Origin: Felis catus
Lineage: Eukaryota
Length of the DNA: 64,000 nucleotides
NCBI RefSeq assembly: GCF_018350175.1
Contig: NC_058368.1
Location: 79,424,001-79,488,000, forward strand
Direction of reading: 5' to 3'
A program made the translations under genes and the position numbers. This document shows, in pieces, positions 48,585 through 60,199 of the stretch (the stretch's first letter is position 1; each line of letters opens with the position of its first letter). Below the pieces are notes generated by a model. The model had not been told where the DNA came from and ran no database searches. It saw only the letters and a list, made by a program, of their open reading frames with translations.

Positions 48585-48905
48585 CACACAGTGTTCTCCC
48601 ACATTCCCTCTGGCTGGAAGTCCAAAGTCATGGGTGTCAGCAGGACCACACCCTCCTGCCTCTTCCTGACTCTGGTGGCAGCAGGGACCCCCAGGTGCAC
48701 TCAGAGCTCCCCTGCCCCTGTCCTCCCATGGCCACACCCCTTCCGTGTGTGTGCGCGCGCGCGCGCGCGTGTGTGTGTGTTACCTCCTGCTTCTTACAGG
48801 AGGCCGGTTACTGATTAGGGCCCATCTTAACCCACCTGGTCTTAACCTGATGACGTCAGCAATGACCCTATCTCCAAATAAGGCCACATTCTCAGGTTCC
48901 GGAGG
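48585..48905 (-). mobile_element. MaLR LTR (MLT1C-like), partial
   Basis: tctggctggaagtccaaagtca...gtgtcagcagg; gattagggccca; gcaatgaccctatctccaaataaggccacattc. Confidence 0.75.
48744..48780. repeat. (GT)n(GC)8(GT)n alternating purine-pyrimidine tract
   Basis: Seen directly in the sequence. Confidence 0.9.
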
Positions 48906-50029
48906 GACAGGAGTTCCTGGGAAACTGTTCAAACAAGCACAGCACCCGCCCATCTCAGAGTCGCATGCAAACCCCTCTCACAGTCCTGGGGTGCACTGGG
49001 CCCCTCTCGGTCCCCTCTGCCCACTGCCCCCCTCGACATGTTTGCAGCCTCCTCCGTCTGGGGCGCTGGCTCCTTCTCATTGCTCAGGTTTTGACCGAAA
49101 TGGCCCTTCTTCAGAGAAGACGTCCCCGTCACCTATTTGAGTGGGTCCTTCTGGATCTCAGTTGATATTTGGCTTGTTATTTTGTCTCCTTTTTCCAGTT
49201 GAGAGGTGATCTCCTTGGGGGTAGACTGGGGTGTGCCTCATTGCGCAGCGGGCTCAGGGCCAGAGCAGGGAGCTCGCCGTTGTAAACCGCTACCACCTTT
49301 GTCTCCTGCCCAGCCCATCCTGCGATGTCACTGCAGCCGTGCGCGTGGCCCCAGCATCCGTGAGCCACCCCCCTCCCCACCTCAGTAACCCTCGGACTTT
49401 CGCTATGACTGCCCCTTCCAGAGCTTTCCTGACGTTTCTTTCTAGATCCCTTCCCATAAAACTTTTATGTCACACACACTGTAGACCTGTGTGTCCTGTG
49501 GCCATTTGAAGGCACACAGACTGTTGTCCTAGCCAAGGGCTTGGGGACCGCCAAGGATCTGCGGTCACCTCCTCAAGAGGATTCGCGCTGCTGAGAACGC
49601 ATTTCCGCATAGCCCGTGACTCCCCCGCCCCGTTTTTAGGAAACACTACCTGCAGAGAGGGCGGCTGTGGCTTTTGAAATCTTTTTTGCGTTTTCTTAAC
49701 ATATGGCCATCCTGACCTTAAAGCTGATACTCGCAGGCACTGCCCCACATGTAGAAGTGACAGCTTCTTCCCACGGAGGGTTTTGAGAGATGCTGTCCCA
49801 CCCACTGTGTCTCCCTTTGAGGTCACCGGGGACTGAGCGAGGGAGGAGATGGGGCAGGAAATGTGATGTTGAAGGGACGCCAGGTGACAAGCACTCCCAG
49901 GGAGGGGTCTGCATCACAGGCGAGAAGGGAACCGTGCTACCCAGCGCATTGGGAGAATATTCAAATGTCTTAGGGGTTATGAGTAGGAAAGAGAAAATGT
50001 ATTATTATATATCACAAACGGAAGTGCCT

Positions 50030-51070
50030 GCACACCCCGCATGATGAGGAGGGGCCCGGCCTTCTGCAGGAGCGAGCAGGTCCCACTTGGCTGGTGCCCC
50101 GGAGGACGCCAGCCGGCAGCCGGCCCGGGGCAGCCTACCTTCGGTCCGCGCCTCTCAAGTCGGCGTTTGGCACCAACGTGCGCGAGTGGGCCAGATGCCA
50201 GCGCGGCAGATGGCTGTAACGACAAGCATATGTCCGGTAACAGGTACAGGCGCGGCCTCTGAGCATTAATCAGAGCAGGCAGCCTTTTGTGCGGGCCAGA
50301 CGAGGCCCTGGAAGCTCCCCCTGCGTGCGGCTCGCGCGCCCCGTGGGGCCGGAGGAAGGCTCAGCCTTGTGGAACCCCCTCCCCGCCCCGAGACGGCCCT
50401 TCCCAGCACGCGCCCCGGACAGGTGCACGCGCCCAGAGCAGGTGCACCCGCCCAAGCAGGTGCCCGTGCCCAAGCAGGTGCACGCGCCCAAACCAGGTGC
50501 ATGCGCACAGAGCAGGTGCACGCGCCCAGGCAGGTGCACGTGCCCAGAGCAGGTGCACGCGCCCAAACCAGGTGCATGCGCACAGAGCAGGTGCACGCGC
50601 CCAAAACAGGTGCAGGCGCCCAAGCAGGTGCAGTCTGCCTCGCTCCCGCACCCGGCTCCTCCCTGGCGTGGGCGGTGGGGGGTGACAGACCCCCTCAGGC
50701 GCTTCCCACCACGAAGCGGGGCTCTGGACCTGGACGGTCTTGCCTTTCCAGGCCTCTCCCATGATGAGTGCGCAGCCTGGCCTACGTGCCAAATTGGGTT
50801 CCCATTTAGGCCCCGCTCATCGGATTGTATTTACCCTCGACGAAGATGGGCAGATCTCACACGACTTCTGTGAGATCTTTTCTTCTTTCCTAGCCTGGCA
50901 CAAACCCAGCGAGCAGGGCAGCGCCATCCTGGTGCTCGGTCGGGAGGAGGAGAAAGGACCCAACCCTCGCAGGCCGACGGGGCGGGAACTGGAGCCTGTC
51001 TCTGCCACCAGGGGCCCCGCCTTCAGCACCCGCGGCGTTGTCTCTCTTTCCGGCCTGGTGTTCACACCTG
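50030..51070. other. GC- and CpG-rich segment (CpG-island-like)
   Basis: Visibly high GC and many retained CpG dinucleotides; not computed. Confidence 0.5.
50404..50633. repeat. 18-19 bp minisatellite, consensus CAGGTGCACGCGCCCA(G)AG, 12 units
   Basis: CAGGTG starts at 50420, 50439, 50457, 50475, 50494, 50513, 50531, 50550, 50569, 50588, 50607, 50625. Confidence 0.95.
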
Positions 51071-51633
51071 CCAGCGGGGGAAGCTGGCGGAGGGAAGGAA
51101 TGGATGAGGTGCTCAAAACCACCCTGTGTTATCCCCGTGGAACTCAAGGCCTCAGAGTTTGTAACTTTTTTTTACAGGAAATAGAAGTGGCAACATTGGC
51201 AAGGAGCAAGGGCTGGGCATTGGCTGCTCGAGGAGGGCAAGCAGACCTCACACCTCATTAATATGAAATAAACGGTGACCTTTGGAGTTTCCTACATGCA
51301 TTTAGGCACCAGTGTGCTCAAGAGCTTGGAGTATAGGAAGGAACCAGCCAGGCAAGGCCGGCCTGTGCAATGCCAGGTGACCGGTGGTGCAGGGATGACG
51401 TTGCAGAGGCAGGCTGAGGCCTGGGAGGGCCTTGTCTCCACCCTGGGGGTGAGAATCATCCTCTGCTTGGAGCCTTGGACCACATTCCCAGGTAACAGGG
51501 AAGGGCCGGTGGAGCCCCCTGCCACATGGTTGCCAGGATCATGTGATTTGGAGAATGTCTCAAATATCGTTAATTATTGACATGTATTAAATATAAAGCC
51601 ATAAATGCCATTTTCCCAAATGCCATTTCTCTA

Positions 51634-51845
51634 GCAAGAGTCAGCCAACTTTTTTAATGATAAATATCATTTCCAGTTTGGTGGGTCATACAGTCTCTCT
51701 CTCAACTATCCACTTGGTTTTTGTAGCTTGAACCATAAAGAACGCATAGACAAATGGTTGTGGCCGTGTTCTAATAAAACTTTATTTACAAAAGCAGGTG
51801 GCTGGCTGTATCAGGGCCCCAGACCACGGTTTACTCACTCTTGCA
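51634..51845. mobile_element. MER58A hAT-Charlie element
   Basis: gtgggtcatacagtctct; tggccgtgttctaataaaactttatttacaaaagcaggtggc. Confidence 0.85.
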
Positions 51846-53467
51846 TTATAGCATTGAAACAAAACTGTCATGGTCGGCAAAGGGTTCATCCATGAAATAG
51901 GACTCAGAAGAACTTATATAGTACATATGAGGTGTGCCTTTCAAAATGTAAGTTCTACAGTAGAATTTTAAACCACAGGTTTCCATTCTAAGGCACACAG
52001 TCTTTGAATCCCTTGAAAACCATAAGAAAAATTTGGTGTATCTCTTTCTCTAGGGACCCAATCCATAACTGCTCAGATGTTCCCAAAGTATTCAAAACTA
52101 ATAATAAAGACTAAAAAACCATGGGCTTAAGAGTAAACATCGGTCTCAAATGGACAATTTCCAGTTTTGTTTCTATTAACGATTGTATCATTCTCTCTAT
52201 CAAACACTCATCCAGAGGAGCCTGTGTTGAACCATTAGTGATGCCATTTTCTTGTCATTCCCAACTCACATTCCTGGACCCAAAAAACTTCACGGATGAG
52301 TCAAGGGATAGAGAAGGCAAGCAGTCTTTCGTCACAAAGCAAAGCTGTCAGTTCCTCCTTCCGTAATAGCAACTCTTTTTAGCTCTGCCCATAAACCGCA
52401 ATTCTGTCAAGGTCTCATGAAACCCAGGGGTATTCCCAGGAGGATCAGTTCCCTTCAGACAGGTCAAGCAGGAAGCAAAACCAGATTACTCATAGGTAGG
52501 GAAATGTTCTTAGGAATTCCTTTTTACTGCCTGTTTTGTTTTGTTTTGTTTTGTTTACTGAATATGCCAAAAACCACACCTTGTAACTCTCGGAAATTCA
52601 TTTTCCTCAGCTATGTAGAGGAGGTCTCTAATCCCCAAACTATGACTTCTACAGATGAAACTGGGGCATTAAAAACTTACAGAAAAAAAACTTTAAAAAA
52701 CAAAAACCAACATTGTGCACATGATTACCCCAATAGGAAAAATAAAACACAACCAAGGGCTAGCTGAATGTCAAAGAGTCTCCAAATAGAGGAAAGCCTT
52801 AAGGTCTACAAGTAAAGATTTTGAAAGAATTTATATATAAAAGCTTAATTAAAAGCCATCTGTATTTTGATTTGTCACACAAACAGAGATAGGGTTAAGG
52901 AATCCATATCTCAAAAAAAAATCCGTATCTCAAAAACTTGAAAATTTTTAAAGATGAACAAACTCAGAATGCCCAACACAATATTAAGAAAAAAACTTGG
53001 AAGACTGACACTGATTTCAAGACTTGTTGTGGAGCCGCAGGCATCAAGACAGTGTGGTATTGGTGACAGAACTGACAAGTAGATCAGTGGAACAGAAGAG
53101 AGAGCTCAGAAGGAGACCCACACAAATATCACCAAACGATCTTTGACAAAGAAGAGAAGGCAAATCAACGAAAATAGGGGAGTCATTTCAACAAACAACA
53201 CAGGAACAACTGGACATCGACACGCAAAGAAAAAAAAGAAGAAGAATCCAGACATTTACTTTATACCCTTCACAAAAATTAACTCACAATAGAGCATAGA
53301 ACTAAATGTAAAAGGGAAAACTATAAAGTTCCCAGAAGATGACATCAGAGCAACTCCAGATGATTTGGATTTGGTGACGACTGTTTAGACACAACATCAA
53401 AACCACGATCCATGGAAGAAATAACGAACAAGCTGGACTTCATTAAAGTTAAAAGTTTCTACTCTGA

Positions 53468-53698
53468 GGGTGCCTGGGTGGCTCAGTCGGTTAAGCGTCT
53501 GACTTCAGCTCAGGTCACGATCTTGAGGTCCGTGAGTTTGAGCCCCGCGTCGGGCTCTGGGCTGATGGCTCAGAGCCTGGAGCCTGCTTCAGATTCTGTG
53601 TCTCCCTCTCTCTCTGCCCCTCTCCCATTCATGCTCTGTCTCTCTCTGTCTCAAAAAATAAATAAATAAACGTTAAAACAATTTAAAAAAATAAATAA
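53468..53698 (+). mobile_element. Can-SINE in L1
   Basis: Full element; TSD aaaagtttctactctg. Confidence 0.95.
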
Positions 53699-54786
53699 AA
53701 AAGTTTCTACTCTGTAAAAGCACTGTCAAGAGAACAAGACAAGCCATGGCAGATTGTGAGAAGGTATTTGCAAAAGATACATCTGACAAATGACTGGTAT
53801 CCAAAATATACAAAGAACTCTTAAAACTCAATAAGAAAATGAACCACCCTACTTAACAAATGGACAAACGACCCGAACCAACACCTCACCGAAGATTTAC
53901 AGGAGGCAAATAAATATATGGAAAGATGGTCAACATCATACATCATCGGGGAATTGCAAATTAAAACAAGGAGAAACCACTGCACGCCTATGAGAATGGC
54001 CCAACCAGAACACTGACATCACCGGATGCCGCGAGGAGGTGGAGCCACAGGAACTCTCGTTCATGGCTGGAGGGAATGCAAATGGCACAGCCACTTTGGG
54101 AGATGGTTTGACAGTTTCTTATAAAACTAAACATACTCTTGCCACATGACCCAGTACTCACACTCCTTGGTATTTACCCGAATGAGATGAAAAGTTAGGT
54201 CCATGCAAAAACCTGCACACAGAGGTTTACAGCAGCTTTATTCTTAATTGCCCAAATTTGGAAGCAACCAAAGGGTCCTTCAGTAGATGAGTGGATAAAC
54301 TGTGGTGCATCCAGACAATGGACTATAAGTTCGTAAAAAACAAACAAACCAGCAAACAAACAAACAAACAAACAAAAAAACCTACTCTATTAAGACACAA
54401 AAAGACAAGGAGGAAACTTAAATGTGTATTACTTAGCGAAAGAAGGTAATTTGGAAAGGCTATATACTGTATGATTGCAACTGTGACATTCTGGAAAAAG
54501 GCAAAACCATGGAGACAGTAAAGAGATCAATGGTTGCTAGTGGTTGGGGAGTGGGGGGGTGGGGATGAAAAGGTGGAGCCCCGAGTATATTTAGGGTAGT
54601 GAAACTACTCTGTCTGATAATATAATGATGGAGACATGCCATTATACATTTGTCCCAACCCATTAACGTACAACACCTAGATTGACCCCTCATGTAAAGT
54701 ATGGACTTTGAGTGATTATGATGGGTCAATGTAGGTTCATCAAATGTAACAAATTGATCATTCTGGTGGAGGATTCCGATGGCAGG

Positions 54787-55270
54787 TGTATTTGGCCAGG
54801 ATTCCCCAGATAAACAAGACCAATAGAGACCAATAGAATGTGTGTATATACAGATACAGATACAGGTGGATAGATAGATTTATTATAAGGAATAGACTCA
54901 CATGGTTACAGAAGTTGACAATCACAGGACCTGAAGTCTACAAGCTAGAGACCCAGGAGTGCAGATGCCATAAATTCCAGTCCAAAGGATGGCAGACTGG
55001 AGACCCAGGAAAAGCCAATATCCCTGTTCAAAAGCAGTTGGGCAGAATGGATTCTTTCCTACTTGGGAGAAGGTCAGCCTTTGTTCTAGTCAAGCCTTCA
55101 ACTGATTGGATGAGCCCCACACATTCTGTAGGGCAATCACTTTACTCAGTGTACTGACTTAATTGTTAATCTCATCCTAAAACACCCTCACAGAAATCCC
55201 CAAAACAACGTTTGACCAAATATCTGGACACTCTGGCCCAGGCAAGTTGACACACAAAAGCAGCCATCAT
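54787..55270 (-). mobile_element. ERVL solo LTR (MLT2-like) nested in the L1 3' UTR
   Basis: gatttattataaggaat; gccttcaactgattggatgag; ttgaccaaatatctgg...aagttgacacacaaaa. Confidence 0.88.
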
Positions 55271-55379
55271 GTTGAGGCCATCGGTACGCTTGTGAGGGCA
55301 CGAAGTATCTGGGGACTGTTTGTGCCTTCTGCTCAATTTTTCTGTTAACCCAAAACTGCTCTAAAAGGTAAAATCTGTA

Positions 55380-55591
55380 TTTTTTTTAAGTTTATCTATT
55401 TATTTTGAGAGAGGGAGAGACAGCAAGCATGAATGGGGGAGGGGACAGAGAGAGAGGGGAAAGAGAGAATCCCAAGCAGGCTCCGTGAGGTCAGCCGGGG
55501 TTCATTATGGGGCTCGAACCCAGGAACCGTGAGATCATGACCTGAGCTGAAACCATGAGTCGGACCCTCAACTGACTGAGCCAGGGGCCCC
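55380..55591 (-). mobile_element. Older Can-SINE
   Basis: T tail, (GA)n, gagatcatgacctgagctgaa; TSD atc(t/c)gtatttttt. Confidence 0.9.
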
Positions 55592-55809
55592 TAATATCCG
55601 TATTTTTTAAAACGATTAATACCTCAGAATGAACAGCACACTTTTCAAACAAGTAACTTCTGACTATATGGAAGGGGAATGGATCTCACAAAAACAAAGG
55701 AATTGATTAGCTAGATTTACCAGACAATTGTTCAAAAGCGCCCCACCCAGAACAGGTATTAGCTCATCCCCTTATCACATGACAATAGTCCTAAATTGAC
55801 CTAAATTGG

Positions 55810-55844
55810 CCATATGGTGATTGGCCAATCACCATATGGTGATT
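55810..55844. repeat. Overlapping perfect palindromes (30 bp and 18 bp)
   Basis: ccatatggtgattgg|ccaatcaccatatgg 55810-55839; aatcaccat|atggtgatt 55827-55844. Confidence 0.95.
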
Positions 55845-56093
55845 ATTCTATCATTGTCACCAATGAGAGTTTCTGGTGTAGACAAAAGTAGACAGAAAAA
55901 TCTTCAGTCAAGACAATTCTGTCACCTCCTGTGTAGACAGTAGGAGGGGGTCCTTTTTAAAGGCCCGCACTTCAGCACACAGCCTGCTCACGCCAGGGCC
56001 TAGAAAGGCCCTAAAAGCTTTGGTAACAATGAGAGAAGGTAGATTTTAGTGCTGTTACACCAGGCTTGATGTTGGAGCATAGTTCAATAAAAT

Positions 56094-56311
56094 CAGAGGT
56101 TCGCAAACTATTGCCTAAGGCTCAAATATGGCCCGCCACGTGTTTCTGCAAAGACAGTAACATTGAAATAGTATTATAGCCCATTTGTTTACTTATTATC
56201 TATGGCTGCTTTGGTACAACCAAGGCAACTACAACTCACGGCATCTGGACACAAATCCTGTAAGACTGACTGTAAGACTGGCCCTTGGTAGAACGATCCT
56301 GCCAACTCCTG
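56094..56311. mobile_element. MER58A hAT-Charlie element
   Basis: cagaggttcgcaaactat...ggcccgccacgtgtttctgcaaa...tttgtttacttattatctatggctgcttt...tgccaactcctg. Confidence 0.8.
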
Positions 56312-56374
56312 AAAAAGTTCATCAACTGTTATTTTTCAAGGGGCAGCTTTTCTCTTTGAGTTTTATGAGAGAAA

Positions 56375-56640
56375 AGAAACGACCCGTTCTAAATGCCGTG
56401 TGGTCTCCTGCGTTGGATCCTGGACAGAAAAGGAGCATTAACTGAAAACCGGGTGAAAGCTGAACGAAGTCTACGTAGCTTCTGTAGGAGGAAATACAGC
56501 AATGTTAATTTCAGGGTCTTCGCAAGGTGGTTACTTAGAATGCTAACAGGAGGGGGCTTCTCTGTACTATCCATGCAACCGTTCTCAAATTCTAAAACTA
56601 CTCCGAAATAAAAAAAAAAATAAATAAAAATAAATAAAGT
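56375..56640 (+). mobile_element. L1 (L1MC/MD-like) 3' end
   Basis: aaatgccgtgtgg...ttggatcctggacagaaaagg; ctctgtactat...tctaaaactactccgaaataaaa. Confidence 0.7.
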
Positions 56641-56928
56641 TAAAGAAAGAGTCTCCGTGGATAGACATTCGACGTAAGCATTCGGAACGTAAAATGAAGT
56701 CTGTCTCCAAACTCAGGAGCGATGTGGCTCTGAGTCATCCATTAATTTATCCAACAAACGTTTAAGAACTTGCACCGGCACCCCCCCTCCCCCCAAAAAG
56801 CCTCTTTTGCATAAATACAGATAAACATCAGCATGCTTTCCTAATTTTGGTAATTGCATCCAAGCTAAATGTTGGAACCTGTAAAAATATTTCTGACACG
56901 GATAATGATATCAAAAGTAAAGGAAGGA

Positions 56929-57095
56929 GGGGGCGCCTGGGGGCCTCAGTCAGTTAAGCGTCCGACTTCAGCTCAGGTCACGACCTCATGGTCTGTGGGG
57001 TTGAGCCCTGCATGGGGCTCTGTGCTGACAGCTCAGAGTCTGCTTTGGATTCTCTCTCTCTGTCCCTACCCCCCTCCCCAAAAGAAATAAATACA
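56929..57095 (+). mobile_element. Can-SINE, internally shortened
   Basis: Head and short body; TSD aaagtaaaggaag. Confidence 0.9.
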
Positions 57096-58439
57096 CATTT
57101 TTTTTTTAAAGTAAAGGAAGTAGAATAGAAGATTCTTCCAAGGGTATTGTGGACAGGTAAGTCTAAATGCCTCTAAATACATGGGTAACAGCTAATTCAG
57201 AGACTAAGCAAATAAAGGGTTTCATTTTTAATCTTCCCAGAGGAAGATTAAAAGAAAAAAAAAAACAAGAAGTATGAAATGAATACTTCCTTAAAGTATT
57301 TATGAGAGGAGAAGTTAAAAAACATCTTTGAACATCTGCTGCTCACACGGGTAGTAGGTCTCCTCCGTTGGATGCCTTCCAGATCTGAGCACCAGGAAGA
57401 CATTAACCTAGAGTCAACCCGAATTACCCAGGCTGGGGGCCAGTCTGGGTTTCGGCTGCTTTGTGACACCAGATCAGAGAGAACTTGTTTATAACTCGGA
57501 CAGAAAGATCACGCTGCGTTCAGACGGTGTTCTGGATGACTGGGAGCCAGACACTTCAAAAGGCCGAAGTGGGAAGGAAACTCGGCACAGGGGGCTCACG
57601 GAACAGAGGAGCTCCCACCCGCCCCCCAGCCGGTCAGACGGAGGAGGCCCAGGCAACTGCGCTGAGCGGGAAGCAGAAGCCCATGGGTGCGGATTCCGCG
57701 GAGTCCCCGGCGGGGGGGGGGGGGGGGGGGGGTATTTTCATTTTGTCAATTGCACAAAGAAGGAAGATACGCCTCCCCTTTCCTCGCTAAGGAAACGTCC
57801 ACACTCATGGGCTTGACCGTGGCCGGTGGGCCGCCTCCCCTTGCAAGGACCCACCGCACTAAAGACCAGCCTATCACCACTTGCCGTGTCTCAGAGATCC
57901 AGGCCATCTGGTAAACCCCTCAGCAACCACACACGTCTGCCCCTCCTGTCTCGGTCTCGCTTCCGCCCCCTGAAAGTTGAAGGGCCTGGAATAACAACAG
58001 TGAACTTCAACTCGGAGATTTCAGGTCGGGGGGGGGGGGGGGGGGGCGGGGGGGCAGGGACCTCTGGTATGCAGACGCTCCCTTTGATGCCTCAGGGACG
58101 GCTCCTCCAGCAGAGGTCCCTGCTCGGGTATTTGGGCAAGGTGACTCTGAGCTCATCCATGTGCTGAAATGCATAGGGCTTATTCAGGGTCCAGCTTTCG
58201 GAAACCGTTACGGCAGCCACGGTGATTCAGGAAAGGCACTGTGGGGTCCCCCAGAAGGAGATGTGAGTTTCGGGGGGCAATGGTGTTGTTTGGATTGTAC
58301 TTCCTGCCATTCCATCAGTCAGGCTTTTCTCTCCCGAGCTGGAAATGAAGTGTTTCCTGATCGCCAAGGGCCTGAGATACGGAGTTACAAGTCCCAGTAC
58401 CAAAAGTAATTCAAGGGCTCGTGGCTTGCCCCAGAAAAC

Positions 58440-58625
58440 ACTGACCACGTGTGACAGGCCACAGATCTTTCCTGGTTTAACCCCCACGTGGACTCTGTGA
58501 TGGGGAGAGTGCTATTACCCCAACTTGACGCCGGAGGAAACTGACTCTCAGGGGAAGTAACCTGCCCCGGGGTCATTCCTCTAAAAAGGGCCCCAGACAC
58601 CAAGGCCCACACTCTTAACCACTAA
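58440..58625 (-). mobile_element. MIR fragment
   Basis: tattaccccaacttgacgccggaggaaactgactctcaggggaagtaacctgccccggggtca...ctcttaaccacta. Confidence 0.7.
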
Positions 58626-58958
58626 CACCCCACCTGGAACCGGAACACAAGGGGTGTGAATGGCCACAATTAGTGTCCAGAAGGGGCCTGCCTACCTTCC
58701 TCCTCAGAAATGAAATTAGGACTAAGACGAATGTAGGGTTTATTCAGCACCATCCTCGAAAGCTGAGGCCTGGGGTTCCTCTGACCCACGGGATCCCTCG
58801 GGTGTGGTCAGTAGCCAACTGGCCCGTCTCAGAACAGCCAGCTCTGAGCACTGGGTGTTTCCTCATGACTTGACCTCACAAACAGCCAGCCATTTGGAAA
58901 CCAGGGCTAAAAAATGTTCCATAATTCCCAATTACAAGCAAAACTCACATGGGATTTA

Positions 58959-59170
58959 GGGGCGCCTGGCTGGCTCAGTAGGTTGAGCATCCGACTTCAG
59001 CTCAGGTCACGATCTCACAGTTCATGAGTTCGAGCTCCACATCAGACTCTGTGCTCACAGCTCGGAGCCTGGAGACTGCTTCGGATTCTGTGTCTCCCTC
59101 TTTGCTCCTCCCCCATTAGCTCTCTCTGTCTCTGTCTCTCTCTCTCAAAAATAAATAAACGTGAAAAAAA
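58959..59170 (+). mobile_element. Can-SINE
   Basis: Full element; TSD aaaa(c/t)tcacatg(g/a)gattt. Confidence 0.95.
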
Positions 59171-59634
59171 ATTCACATGAGATTTGGTAATGGAGCTACA
59201 TCTAAAATCAAAGTGGTTCATCTTCTTGTTAGAAAAACTAACAATTTTCTCTATCAAACTATAGGTATATGCATCTGCTTTGTCCGTGGTTCTGATTTAA
59301 TTCACTTTTCTGGGTCTGTGATGGTAATACTATATATAATTTACAAAAGTACTTTTCCTGCGCTGGCCTTCTATGACCACATTGCGATTGTTTTTGTTAG
59401 TATCTTAAGAACCTAATAAAATTAACTATACCCCCATTTCACTAAAGGCGACTCTCTTCTCAAATTACGTCCTGTACTTTTGTATTTTTCTACTTAGGTA
59501 CATGCTTACCTGTGCCATATGCAAAGGGTTGTCATTAAACATAGGTTTTTGTTTAGAAAGTTCAGGTATTTATGAATTCTTGTTTTTGAAAATTACCATA
59601 GCTTAATTCACTAATTAATAGTTTGTAATTTTTT

Positions 59635-59736
59635 ACAGAACGCCTCACAAATTTGTATGGCATCCTTATGCCAGGGGCCAAGCCAGTCCTGTCCTTATCT
59701 TTCTAATTTTAGTGTCCGTGCTGCTGAAGCAAGCAT
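59635..59736 (-). pseudogene. U6 snRNA retropseudogene
   Basis: Minus strand reads atgcttgcttcagcagcacggacactaaaattagaaagata...tggcccctggcataaggatgccatacaaatttgtgaggcgttc, collinear with U6; A-rich 3' tail and TSD taattaata at 59612-59620 and 59737-59745. Confidence 0.92.
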
Positions 59737-60199
59737 TAATTAATACATTTTGAAGTTTCACGCTTTGTCTTAAGCTACTAGTCACAATCTTATAATAATG
59801 TCAAAAGTCAGACTCTTCTCATATCTGAAATTTCCAATCATGTAAACTTATCTTCAGTGATGAGATACAAAGCTGACGACATTCAACCATTTTCACCTAC
59901 TAAAATGATAACTTGATACAAGCTGAAGTGATAATTTTATACAATTTCACCCAACGTATCTGGTTGAGCGCAAACCAGAAAGCTTTGCAAATATGACCTT
60001 GAAGCTAAGGAATGAGAAGTAATACGCATGCTGGAGTCACATTTTCTGTATTTGTGCAAAGGCATATTTTTCTGAATGCGTCTGAGTAGATCTACAACGA
60101 CGCATTGCCCGTGGTATTCTGAGCATAAAGAGTGAAAACCACAATTCGGTTGCATATCAGAACTGGCAGGAGTTCTAGTCCAAGGAAGCGATCTGATGA

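Larger units (their letters stand above)
52960..55375 (+). mobile_element. L1 (L1MC1-like) ORF2 3' part and 3' UTR, interrupted by a SINE and an MLT2 LTR
   Basis: atcaagacagtgtggtattggtga; gactggtatccaaaatatacaaagaactcttaaaactcaa; 3' UTR tgccattatacatttgtcc...tgtaggttcatcaaatgtaacaaa, resuming after 55270. Confidence 0.9.

Noticed and set aside
50266..50873. Repetitive ORFs in several frames and a CRISPR-like appearance
   Set aside because: Caused by a stop-free minisatellite; the inter-core segments are related to each other rather than unique spacers, there are no cas genes, and the DNA is mammalian.
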